A stretch of 64,000 bases of DNA from Daphnia carinata (Eukaryota): assembly GCF_022539665.2 (NCBI RefSeq), contig NC_081331.1, positions 7,998,001-8,062,000 of the forward strand, in the 5' to 3' direction. Made by a program: the position numbers and the translations under genes. Each line of letters starts with the position of its first letter. Within the stretch, counting starts at the first letter, position 1. This document shows positions 20,311 to 32,243 of this stretch, one piece after another. Under the pieces are notes generated by a model. That model did no database searches and was not told the origin of the DNA. It saw only the letters and a list, made by a program, of their open reading frames with translations.

Positions 20311-22905
20311 TGACGCTGAGGGGGACCTGGAATATTCGGCCTATCGGAGATCCTGAACTTGGGACAGTTATTCGATTTGTGTCCGATTTCACGACAAGAA
20401 TAACAAATTGGAGGCTGTGCTTGTTCCAAATTATGACGTTGGAATTTACGGCATTCCGATTGTGTATGCCCACGAAAACCGCAGAAATTGCAAGTTATTC
20501 CATTTTGTGGAGGTCTATTTCTCGAATCATTAAAAGGTCTCGAAAACGAGGGCGTGGACTGTGTAGGTCTATTGGAGGATCCCGCATGTTGGTAAGAATT
20601 GGTGTTATTATTGGACCGATGAGGAGGTCTCCAATTTCTGTCTTGGTTACCGCTATTGGTTTGGAAATAAACTTGTTTCTTATAAGGGTTGCCTGTTGGA
20701 GAAGAAGAATAATCTTTCTTGTCCATTTGGAGTTGTTTTACTGCTTGCGTGAGTTCATGAATTTTTATTCCCTTGACCAATAGAAGCAACGACATTATTG
20801 ACTATCTCTTTCTGGTCGATTAACATCTGCTTGAGTTCCGTCAAATCCGAATGTTGCGTGTCACACGACCCATCGATTGCCCTAACGAATTCATGTTTTT
20901 CCCGATCTTTCTCTAAAGCTTCCAAACGAACGGCATAAATACGCGTTGACGCAACAAGCTCGGTAAAGTCGCGAAATTCCTTATAACGAACTTTGGCCTG
21001 CAATTTAGAATCCAACCCCTCGATAAATTTTTGCATAAGGATGATTGTGAACGATTTCTCAGCATAACCTTCTGGATACGCGTCTCGTGCAAGCGGTGCG
21101 CATAGTCGACAATTTTTTCGCCTGGTTTACGTTTAGCCTTATTGAATTTTTTAATATAGACATCGACGTTTTCATCCCCATGAAAGTGATCAAGTAACGC
21201 TTCTTTAATAGACGCATAATCATACGGATGTTGCCTTATAATGTTTTGGAGTACTGAAAAAGCCTTATCTGACATTTTAGCTCGCAGCATCTGAATGATC
21301 TTTTCTTCTGACCATGATGCCCCATCAACTATGCTTTCAAAAGATTCCAGCCAAGAGTCGAAGCGAGAAATTGTACTTCCCGTAAAGGAAGGGAGCAATT
21401 GTAGGCGCGAAAAAGTGTGTTGGTTTGTCTGAAAGTCATTTAAGTCGTTGACTGTGGCTGCACGTGAAGGAGAATAAGATTTGGCCATGTTGGTATCGAA
21501 AATGGGAGGATTCAACGTCTTCCGCCTTGGATTCGGAGGGTGTCCTGAAATGCTCTTCGTAATCGCCTCAGTTGCGCTATCAGATCTTCCTGCTGGCTGG
21601 ATTGCTGGGCTCGAGGAGGGTGTTGAGTGCGTGACTGGCTGGAAGGCCGGTTTCTTTGGCGTGCTCGCCTTCTCCTCGGAATGCGTTCCGACAGCGGCGA
21701 TTCCCGCGGACTCGGCGTGGTTTGCTGTTCTTCCTGGAATCTCGGAATGTATGATAGCAGCTGTCTCAATTCGTAGGGAGCCGCGACGAGTGTTTCCAAG
21801 ATTTCCTTCGTTATCCGCTGTCCGTCCGGTTGCACCGATGTCTGGAAGTTGTTGAATTTGGTCTGAAGCGATGTCAGTTCCGGCAATAATCCCTCCAAAC
21901 TGCTTATGGACTGAACTTTTCTTAGGTAAGGGACCAGGTGGAGGATGTCCTTGAGGAACTTCAGCTGGTACTCCCGCAGGGTGTCCTTTAGGTAGGTTGA
22001 GAACTGCGATATCTCGATTGCTAGAAGGAAGTATGTCCTGTCCCCGAGGTTGTTGAGCAAGCTTTCCTTGGGGGCAAAGTTGAAGAGGTACTTTTCCTTC
22101 GCCGGCGTGAATGTCAGCAACTCGACGATGTTGTAAGTCTGTCCTAGTAGGTAAATCGTAAACTCCCTCGCATAGGTTGTGAAGATTGCTTTCAACGTGG
22201 CCACTTGGTTCTCCGCAACCTGTGCCGTTGTCCTGGTTTGTCCAATTGTTATCGTTTCCAGAATTGTTCCCAAGGCTTTCAGGAGTGTCTTCGGGTTTTT
22301 CAAATCCGGTGTCACGTTGGCTTGGTATTGGTACTGCAGCCGGATTGTTTGCATCAACGATCGTAGTTGTTCCCAAATTAACGGATTGGTTGACTGGAAA
22401 TCCAATTCCCTCTCCTTGAGGTACCTGAGCGTCAGTAGTAGGGACGGTAACTGACTCGTTGGAGCCGGGAATATTCTCGATTGATTGGTCGTGATCTCGT
22501 GGTATATGTGATGGAGTGCTCGAGAGAAAACTGGTCTTTGATGTGTTTCCCACAGGTGATTTTATGGGAGAAAAACGAGAAGCTAACCTAGCATAAACAG
22601 ACGGTGCGGGCTGAGTAGGTGTAACGGAAGCTTTGATACGGCCCCAAATTTTCTTAGTGGGAGTTTTAACTAATGGGGCTACGGCCTCATACGCGGTGTT
22701 AGACCTCAATTTCTTCAACTGTGTTTTATCTGTCTGTACTTTAGGAGTTAAAACAGGAGAGGTAGATGGTTTAATGGCTTCTGTTTCTTTGTCTGAAGTC
22801 TGACTGCCTTGAGAAGAATGCGGAACGGTCGCGGTAGAGGCTGACAATTTTTCAAAACTAATCAATTTAGCAATCGTTTCGTCATTGATTTGCACTACGG
22901 GAGGT
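20298..22905 (-). pseudogene. gag: gag of E2, 5'-truncated by the foldback element, two frameshifting deletions
   Basis: INDETIAKLISFEKL matches E1 IDESVARAINFEAL. Capsid-like region and two CCHC knuckles. Frame breaks near 21085 and 20765. Confidence 0.88.
21512..22561 (-). CDS. Overprinted +1-frame ORF X within E2 gag (open for ~350 codons, no upstream ATG)
   Basis: Frame open from the stop at 22564-22562 to the stop at 21514-21512. Homologous to E1 ORF X throughout; ends in SPRESPLSERIPRRRRARQR. Confidence 0.78.
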   Translation of the reverse strand, partial: NHLWETHQRPVFSRALHHIYHEITTNQSRIFPAPTSQLPSLLLTLRYLKERELDFQSTNPLIWEQLRSLMQTIRLQYQYQANVTPDLKNPKTLLKALGTILETITIGQTRTTAQVAENQVATLKAIFTTYAREFTIYLLGQTYNIVELLTFTPAKEKYLFNFAPKESLLNNLGDRTYFLLAIEISQFSTYLKDTLREYQLKFLKDILHLVPYLRKVQSISSLEGLLPELTSLQTKFNNFQTSVQPDGQRITKEILETLVAAPYELRQLLSYIPRFQEEQQTTPSPRESPLSERIPRRRRARQRNRPSSQSRTQHPPRAQQSSQQEDLIAQLRRLRRAFQDTLRIQGGRR

Positions 22906-23052
22906 CGGAGAAAAAGGCCCAGACGAAAAAGGCCCAGACGAAAAAGGCCCGCGAAAAAGGCCCAGACGAAAAAGGCCCATACGAAAAAGGCCCACTTTTT
23001 TCCAAATTCAAAAGTGGGCCTTTTTCTCCATTGGACTGGGCCTTTTTCTCCG
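22906..23052 (+). repeat. Left terminal array of 15-bp (CCCAGACGAAAAAGG) repeats with inner inverted copies
   Basis: Six AAAAAGGCCC units followed by two GGGCCTTTTT units; mirrored at 29364-29510. Confidence 0.9.
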
Positions 23053-26000
23053 CTCAATTTCCATTTTCTTACATACTTTATGTTTGTTTCGAAAATTGTA
23101 TTTCCCACCTTCTATTCCGTGGAATTTGGAATGTACAAAAGTTGCTGAAACCGTGATCTTCTTTAAGGTTTGCAGAGATCAAACAATGTTAGCGTTTGTG
23201 CGCTAGTTAATCTTTGATTATTTATTCGGTTGCAATCTAATTTCGGATTATATTAGTATTTATATATTGCTAATATCCCGTTAAAAAAAGTTCATTTTTC
23301 ACAATTTTTGTTTATTGAACTACCATCGCTTTTTTAAATATAATACAAAAAATAAATGTTTTTCGCACTTAGCCTTGTTCTGTCCACCCTCTTTCATTAT
23401 TCCCCCAATCCCCAGTCCATCTCCCATATAGCTTCTTTTTGTCGATACTTATGCCATAGGTAAAGACCACTGATTCGTTGGGAATACGGAAACTGAATGA
23501 GTTCCGCGGGGCTTTTGTGGTTGCTGGGAACAAAAATATATGTTACCACGAAGACTAGTTTATTATCATTAACATTTGATAAATAATGTTTATAGGAATA
23601 ATAGTACAAACTTGAACTATCGTCTGAAGCAAGGACCAAAACAAAGACTATTGTAATCCAATATTGATTCTAATACCATTTATTCTTTATACATTTTCAA
23701 TTCTTTTAACAATTACAAAGAGCCCAATAAATATATTAAAATCATAACCTACTGCTATAAATGATTTTGTTCGTTCTTCGTGTCCTGTTTTCACCTTTTG
23801 TACATTTTCAAGCAGCTATTGATTACCTAATTACACATGACATACTACATTGAGATATAAGGAAGCTTTACACTTTACGTTAGCAAAGCTACTAATAATG
23901 ACAAATCAATTTTCTACTACGACGGATTTTTTTTTATGAGAGTCTCTTATTAGTGAAGACACTAAACCTTTTAAATTGAATCTAAGATTTTTTTTCTTCA
24001 AATTTTCCACGATCATGGAAGGCATATCAGTGTATTTTTCTATAAAACTATCACGACATGGCTGCACATGAAAGAACAAGAGTTTCGCTCATCCATTAGT
24101 CAGTATCAGTCTTTCATACGGTAAATTTGCCTTTTTTCTTTAGTTTATTCACGTTATGTTCTTTCTTTTCAGTTTTATTTTTCTTAATGTTGGCTTTTCC
24201 CTTTTTCTGTTGTTATTCCTTTCTCTTTTCCTTTTCTTCGATTCGTTCAGCGCAATTTATGTTACTTTCTGATTTGATCTCGTTCATTAATCGATTTGGC
24301 AAGCAATTCCACATAGTCTTTTACCTATTGCAATACAGAAAGGTTAAAAGTTTTGAAGATCTTACAAATATTTTTGTCAAATTGAAAGTTTACCTGAAAA
24401 CCTTCAGCTATTTGCAGAGCACCATTTCATGCCTGTTTCTATTCCATGCTTCTTGCATTCTCAGCTTCAGCTTGGCCTACCAAGATATTCATTTTTGGTT
24501 TAAGTTTTATTTTCTTTCATTTTAATCGTTGCCACTTCTGGATATAAAGTGGTCTTTTTCAGAATGGGTGAGGAATTAGATAGTTCTCCAAAATCAAATT
24601 TGCTGGAAACTAGGCAGCCTTCACTGTTAAAAATTGGTGTTGCCAGTGTACTTGCTAGTCTTGGTTGAGGAATTTCTGTTTTAACAAACTCTGAAAGACC
24701 AGAGGTTGATGACACAGATACTGCCTTGGTGGCTCGAGCATGTTTGGCAATTCAGGACCTCTTCTTCTTACTTTTTCTTTTTAATTTCTTCTTCATTCCC
24801 TCTAACTTCCGTTTAAATTGGATTTTCGTTGCCTTATCAGACAATTCCAGCTTTTCCTCTGAAAATCAATGGAATAAACTGGCCGGTCTTCCTTAAATGT
24901 AAATGTTAACACATACCTGTTAAGTGTGAGGCGTTCATTCAGTTTATGTTCTTTCTTCTCAGTTTTCTTTTTCTTAATGTTGGCTTTTCTCGTTTTCTGT
25001 TGTTATTCCTTTCTCTTTTCCTATTCTTCGATGCGTTCAGCCAACTTCTTTTTACTATCTGATTTGATTTCATCTTGTTTCATAATAGATTTAGCAAGCC
25101 ATTCCACATTGTTTTTTACCTATTGCAATACAGAAAGGTTAAAATTATTTAAGATCTTACAAATATGTATGTCAAATTGAAAGGTTACCTGAAAACCTTC
25201 AGCTGTTTGCAAAGCATCTTTTCATGCCTGTTTCTCTTCAATACTTCTCACATTCCAACTTCAGCTTGGCCATCCAAGATTTTCACTTTGGCTTTGAGTT
25301 TTTTTTTATCGTTGCTACTTTTCAATCTAAAGTGTTCTTGTTCAGAATGGGTGAGGGATTAGATAGTTCTCCTAAATCAAATTTGCTGAATACTAGGCAG
25401 CCTTCGCTGTTGAAAATTGGTGTTAGCGGTGTACTTGTTGGTCTTGGTTCAGGAATACCTGTTTTGACAAACTCTGTGGGATCAGAGGTTGATGACACTG
25501 ATGCTGCCTCGGTGGCTTGTGCAAGTTGGGCAATTCAGGACCACTTCTTGTTATTTTTCTTTTTTAATTTCTTCTTCTTCAATTTTTCTAACTCCTTTTA
25601 AGTTTGGTTTTCATTGTTCTATCAGACAAATCCAGCCTTTTCCCTGAAAATAGATGGAATAAGCTGGCCCGTCTTCCTTAAACGTAAAGATTAACACATA
25701 CCTGTTAAGTGTGAGGTGTTAGCTGCTAGACATTCTTCCTGTTCAACACCAACCTTATTGCTATTGAGATCGTCAACTGTAGATACACTTTCAATTGGAA
25801 TGTTGGTCAATAAGCTAGAAATCATGATTTTTTGGGTTCTCATTTCCTATTAATTTTGTTTAGACGACACTTTCAAGTTCTTGTTTTCTCTTTTTCCATT
25901 TACAAAAACTGCCTCTCATATTATAACCTTTAAACTTTATTATTATATACCTTGATTTCTCAACATTATCACTGATCACTCCATAGATCAAACTATACGA

Positions 26001-26691
26001 AACAAGTCTATTGTTATTTTCTTCAGGGAACGGCATTTTCAAGTCAAATCTAGCGTCAGGACGCCACAAACAATGGCGGACGGTTTTTAACATAAAATTT
26101 TTAAAATTTTTAATTCTTTTATTACAAATTCAACAAAATTTAGTTCCTTTGTATAACAATAATAATGAATTATAATAATAGAACAATAACAAAGGAACTA
26201 AATTTTGTTGAATTTAATAAAGCTTTAGCTAAAAGTTTTAATAACAGCTTTCCACCGTCCGCCATTGTTTGTGGCGTCCTGACGCTAGATTTGGCTTCAA
26301 AATGCCGTTCCCTAAAGAAAATAACAATAGACTTATTGTTTCGTATAGTTTGATCTATGGAGTGATCAGTGATAATGTTGAGAGATCAAGGTAAATAATA
26401 ATAAAGTTTAAAGGTTATAATATGAGAGGCAGTTTTTGTAAATAGAAAAAGAGAAAACAAGAACTTGAAAGTGACGTCTAAACAAAATTTGTAGGAAATG
26501 AGGACCCTAAAAATCAAGAGCCTTATAAAACGCGAGGGTCCATTGACATCGTCGCTCTTAAAAAGCAACTCTCTCCTGAAGAGTTTTTCATTGCTAGCTT
26601 ATTGACCAACATTCCAACTGAAAGTGTATCTACAGTTGACGATCTCAATAGCAATAAGGTTGGTGTTGAACAAGAAGAATGTCTAGCAGCT

Positions 26692-28270
26692 AACACCTCA
26701 CACTTAACAGGTATGTGTTGATCTTTACGTTCAAGGAAGACTGACCAGCTTATTCCATCCATTTTCAGGGAAAAGGCTGGATTTGTCTGATAGGACAATG
26801 AAAACCAAACTTAAAAGGAGTTAGAAAAATTGCAGAAGAAGAAATTAAAAAAGAAAAATAACAAGAAGTGGTCCTGAATTGCCAAACTTGCACAAGCCAC
26901 CGAGGCAGCATCAGTGTCATCAACCTCTGATCCGACAGAGTTTGTCAAAACAGGTATTCCTGAACCAAGACCAACAAGTACACTGCTAACACAAATTTTC
27001 AACAGTGAAGGCTGCCTAGTATTCAACAAATTTGATTTAGGAGAACTATCTTATCCCTCACCCATTCTGAACAAGACCACTTTAGATTCAAAAGTGGCAA
27101 CGATAAAAAAAAAAACTCAAAGCCAAAGTGAAAATCTTGGATGGCCAAACTGAAGTTGAATGCGAGAAGTATTGAAGAGAAACAGGCGTGAAAAGGTGCT
27201 CTGCAAAGAGCAGAAGGTTTTCAGGTAAACTTTCAATTTGACAAACATATTTTTAAGATTTTAAATAATTTAACCTTTCTGTATTGCAATAGGTGAAAAA
27301 CAATGTGGAATTGCTTGCTAAATCTATTAAGAAACAAGATGAAATCAAATCAAATTGTAAAAGAAGTTGGCTGAACGCATCGAAGAATAGGAAAAGAGAA
27401 AGGAATAACAACAGAAAACGAGAAAAGCAAACACTAAGAAAAAGAAAACTGAAAATAAAGAACATAAACCGAATGAACACCTCACACTTAACAGGTATGT
27501 GTTAACATTTACATTTAAGGAAGACCGGCCAGTTTATTCCATTGATTTTCAGGGAAAAAGCTGGAATTGTCTGATAAGACAACGAAAATCAAACTTAAAC
27601 GGAAGTTAGAGGGAATGAACAAGAAATTAAAAAGGAAAAGTAAGAAGAAGAGGTCCTGAATTGCCAAACATGCTCGAGCCACCAAGGCAGCATCTGTGTC
27701 ATCAACCTCTGGTCTTTCAGAGTTTGTTAAAACAGAAATTCCTGAAGCAAGACTAGCAAGTACACTGGCAACACCAATTTTTAACAGTGGAGGCTGCCTA
27801 GTTTCCGGCAAATTTGACTTTGGAGAACTATCTAATTCCTCACCCATTCTGAATAAGACCACTTTAGATCCAGAAGTGGCAACGATTAAAATGAAAGAAA
27901 ATAAAACTTAAACCAAAAATGAAAATCTTGGTAGGCCAAGCTGAAGTTGAAAATGCAAGAAGTATTGAAGAGAAACAGGCACGAAATGGTGCTCTGCAAA
28001 TAGCTGAAGGTTTTCAGGTAAACTTTCAATTTGACAAAAATATTTGTAAGATCTTGAAAACTTTTAACCTTTCTGTATTGCAATAGGTAAAAGACTATGT
28101 GGAATTGCTTGCCAAACCGAATAATGAACGAGATCAAATCAAATCAGAGAGTAACAAAAATTGCGCTGAACGAATCGAAGAAAAGGAAAAGAGAAGGGAA
28201 TAACAACAGAAAAGGAGAAAAGCCAACATTAAGAAAAAGAAAACTGAAAAGAAAGAACATAAAGTGAATA
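26692..28270 (+). repeat. ~784-bp diverged tandem duplication inside the right arm (mirrored at ~24130-25720 in the left arm)
   Basis: AACACCTCACACTTAACAGGTATGTGTT at 26692 and 27476, with alignable sequence after each. Confidence 0.8.
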
Positions 28271-29363
28271 AACTAAAGAAAAAAGGCAAATTTATCGCAT
28301 GAAAAACTGATACTGACTGATGGATCAGCTAAACTTGTGTTCTTTCATGTGCAGCCATGTCGTGATAGTTTTTTAGAAAAATACACTGATATGCCTTCCA
28401 TGATCGTGGAAAATTTGAAGAAAAAAAATCTTAGATTCAATTTAAAAGGTTTAGTGTCTTCACTAATAAGAGACTCTCATAAAAAAAAATCCGTCGTAGT
28501 AGAAAATTGATTTGTCATTATTAGTAGCTTTGCTAACGTAAAGTGTAAAGCTTCCTTATATCTCAATGTAGTATGTCATGTGTAATTAGGTAATCAATAG
28601 CTGCTTGAAAATGTACAAAAGGTGAAAACAGGACACGAAGAACGAACAAAATCATTTATAGCAGTAGGTTATGATTTTAATATATTTATTGGGCTCTTTG
28701 TAATTGTTAAAAGAATTGAAAATGTATAAAGAATAAATGGTATTAGAATCAATATTGGATTACAATAGTCTTTGTTTTGGTCCTTGCTTCAGACGATAGT
28801 TCAAGTTTGTACTATTATTCCTATAAACATTATTTATCAAATGTTAATAATAATAAACTAGTCTTCGTGGTAACATATATTTTTGTTCCCAGCAACCACA
28901 AAAGCCCCGCGGAACTCATTCAGTTTCCTTATTCACAACGAATCAGTGGTCTTTACCTATGGCATAAGTATCGACAAAGGGAAGTTATAAGGGAGATGGA
29001 CTGGGGGTTGGGGGAATAATCAAAGAGGGTGGACAGAACAAGGCTAAGTGCGAAAAACATTAATTTCTTGTATTATATTAAAAAAAGCCGATAGTAGTTC
29101 AATAAACAAAAATTGTGAAAAATGAACTTTATTTAACGGGATATTAGCAATATATAAATACTAACGTAATCCGAAATCAGATTGCTAACGAATAAATAAT
29201 CAAAGATTAACTAACGTACATACGCTAACATTGTTTGATCTCGGCAAACCTTATAGAAGGTAACGGTTTCAGCAACCTATGTACATTCCACTTTCCACGG
29301 AATAGGAGGTTGGAAATATATTTTGAAAATAAATATAAAGTTTGTGGGAACATGGAAATTAAA

Positions 29364-29510
29364 CGGAGAAAAAGGCCCAGTCCAATGGAGAAAAAGGCCC
29401 ACTTTTGAATTTGGAAAAAAGTGGGCCTTTTTCGTATGGGCCTTTTTCGTCTGGGCCTTTTTCGCGGGCCTTTTTCGTCTGGGCCTTTTTCGTCTGGGCC
29501 TTTTTCTCCG
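29364..29510 (-). repeat. Right terminal array of 15-bp repeats
   Basis: Reverse complement of 22906-23052. Confidence 0.9.
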
Positions 29511-30631
29511 CCAATTACCCATTGTATGCGGGGTTCGATACACCCATACGGAGTCGTACCTTTACCTCGCATTCTATTTCCACAATTAAGGTTTAGCTCT
29601 GTTCGGCCTTCGCAGGAAAGTGGCACCAACATGCAGCGTTGAAAGTTTCGTCTTAATAGTTGAGAAACCATAATTCTGTCGATAGTTTTTACCCTCATTT
29701 TCTCCAATTTTTTAGATGAGTGAATCCAATTTCACTCACGTCGTCCGTTTTTTTACTAAATAAAGCTTGAATATTTCAAAAGTTGTGCACTACGAAGGTT
29801 TTTTTTAACCATCATAACGTTTTGAATGAAATTATAAGACAAGAAAATGCGCGGCTTTTTACCCTAATTGCCAACGGCTAAAAGGGAAGAGAATGTTCAT
29901 AAGAGAATACGCATAAAGGTGGGGTAAGAATAATATTGCCCTTGCAATTATCAATGCCATAGGCTAGTGACGTGCATTAGGGAGACACAAATACATATAA
30001 AACAATGACAAAGCGAAGCTCGAATCAGTCAAGTGGAGTCATCCATCAGCAACTGTAGTACCGAAAGTCGTGTTATCCAGCCGTTCATTATCAAATCAAC
30101 TTTCACATCATGGGTAAGTATTTTGGATAAAGCCCAGTGTTTTCGAGAAAAACTTTCAAAGTCATTTTTGTAATAAATGATAATTAAATTCCATAGCAGT
30201 AACTGATCTTAGTTTTTTCCATGTTCTCTGGATTTATGTTTGGTAAATGTGGGGAAAACAAGGCTAGCCCACTAACTCGTGTATCTTACTGAAACGAACT
30301 GCATCACTTTGATGATGCTCTTTGTTTAAATTTATTGTTAAACTGCATTCTTTTTTCATTTATAGCTAACTATGTCACAATGCTGCTGTTGGCCGTTTCA
30401 TTCACTGTTAATTTGGGGTTTACGCCTTTCGTCGGTTAGGGGTAACTATTATCGAGCGGAGTTTGCGATATTCGCAAAGGTAATCTCTGGTTAACGCTTT
30501 TCGTTCGTTAAAAACCAACAAAAAACGTTACCGCGAGTGATTTCCGCAAAGGTGCATTTGGTTAATGGTTTTCGTCGGTTTTTATGTGTGAAATACGGCA
30601 TATGTAACCGATTTCCGCATTATACCCCTAC

Positions 30632-30763
30632 AGTGCTACATTGGCAAAGAAGACTAAACAGCATCCTTTATCGAAGTGAAAGCTTAAAATTTTTTTAAGT
30701 GCTACATTGGCAAAGAAGACTAAACAGCATCCTTTATCGAAGTGAAAGCTTAAAATTTTTTTA
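30632..30763 (+). repeat. 66-bp tandem duplication
   Basis: AGTGCTACATTGGCAAAGAAGAC...AAAATTTTTTTA twice (30632, 30698). Confidence 0.9.
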
Positions 30764-31177
30764 ACATTTGTTTTACTTGACTATTTTGACAACGTAAAGG
30801 GCCATATCATTCTAAAATCCTACTGGAAAATAATAAAGTAAAGTTTCCTAAATAAATTTTGAGAAAGGTAAAGAACTTTAAACAATTTTTTTTTAAACAC
30901 ACAGTATTTTGTGATGCTAATATTTTACGTTCAAATTCAAAACCCGTTATGATAATTGGCAATCGAAAACAGTTTAACAGTTCTACAAACATTGGCAGCA
31001 CTGGGAGACGGTTTCTTCTTCTTCAAAACAGACAGTTCTTTTCATTGTATAGCTAATGGAAAACGATAGAGTGCGTAATTCGGTAAATAACATTTATGTT
31101 TATCTGAAAGTACCTGTTCCTTTTCCGTTGTGCTGTTTTTTTTAAGATTTCTCTTATAATTTTTTTTCCTTAAGAAT

Positions 31178-32243
31178 ATGGAAGAGGTTACTAAAACCAT
31201 AATAGTCGAATTAGATGGGAAAGAAGAATACGAATTGGAATTCATCAGTACTTCGTCCACTTTTGATCTACAAGTGATTTTGACGTATTTAAAAGCTAAA
31301 TCAAGCAGATTTAGTCAGGTGTCCCAGTATGCAGACTTTGTCTTTAAAAAGCAAAGTGAAAAATTCCCAGGACGATGGGTGACTGTTGGTGACCACTCAC
31401 CAGTAAAACATCTGAGCACATTGCAGTGCACAAGCATGCAAAAGCCTAGCTGCTCAAGAGTAATCGTCCAGGATTTACATATTAATATCTGTAAGTTAAT
31501 TTCATTTATTTTTAAATGGCATGACGTAACATTTTTCTTACAACAGCTCCGACTAAGACAAACACAAGGGCACGAGAGGGTGCAGAAGAACAATTGGCAA
31601 TCAGTGAGAACACCCCTTTCACTGTTCCTCTTACAACATCTCTGATACAAAGTGAGTCCGAGAGGTAAAATAATTTAAAATTTTAATATTATAGACTTAC
31701 AATACATATTGCTGGTTCAAATTAGACTACCAATCTTGTGCAGCGCTGGAGTTGCTGTGGCTATTGAACCCTGGCAGCAAAAGATCACCAGAATGTAGAC
31801 GATTCGTCATAGATGTGCAAGAGGTATTGGTTTTAATAAAGTATTAGGATAACATAACCCCTTTGAATAACTTGTCTTATCTGAATTTACAGGATTGTTT
31901 GGGATATGAGTTCATATCTTAGAAAATTGCCCGCAGCCAGATTGACTCCCTTTATTCTAAAAGTTGGACAGTTGTACACAATTGTAGGGACAAACAGCCA
32001 TTCACCCAAACTTCCAATTCCAGTCTGGAGGCAGTTGTTCTTCTGTTATGTGTTTATTACGTGTTTCATATAAGTTGGTGCAAATCTTCTATTCTAACGT
32101 GCCTATTTATGCAATCTGAATTGCTTGGATTGCCTTTGAAGGAAAAAGGTTCCCATTACGATTGCCTCACAAAGTTTGTGAGCGCTCTGAATGATGCGAA
32201 TATAGAAGAAGAACAGGAACAGGAAGTATTATGTTTGTTTTGA
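31178..32243 (+). pseudogene. Internally deleted EnSpm-type accessory gene
   Basis: ATG exon MEEVTKTIIVELDG..., short introns, C-terminal AVVLLLCVYYVFHISW...LFMQSELLGL resembling the YYVFNI.YP...FLQ..LLG motif of animal EnSpm accessory proteins. Confidence 0.45.

Larger units (their letters stand above)
11374..22905 (-). mobile_element. Decayed env-bearing Ty3/Gypsy element E2 (same family as E1; 5' end lost, env interrupted by E1)
   Basis: gag/ORF X, frameshift signal and pol closely homologous to E1, then two accessory ORFs and env. Multiple stops and frameshifts. Confidence 0.9.
22906..29510. mobile_element. 6.6-kb foldback-like palindromic element (arms ~22906-26152 and ~26189-29510)
   Basis: Ends CGGAGAAAAAGGCCC / GGGCCTTTTTCTCCG. 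Arms remain reverse-complementary up to a ~36-bp AT-rich centre. Terminal arrays of 15-bp repeats. No matching TSD. Confidence 0.8.

Noticed and set aside
21512..21720. Hepadnavirus core homology of ORF X (SPR..RRRR tail)
   Set aside because: Resemblance is limited to a low-complexity Ser/Pro/Arg tail; no core-domain motif recognised, so homology cannot be claimed without a structure search
22906..22993. Regularly spaced short repeats as a possible CRISPR array
   Set aside because: No unique spacers, eukaryotic context, and mirrored at the other end of the element
22885..23156. Arg/Lys-rich ORFs (RRKRP, KKAQT) and the FFVWA N-terminus of the 731-aa ORF; mirrored at 29225-29707
   Set aside because: Translations of the 15-bp terminal repeats of the foldback element; real gag homology stops at 22905
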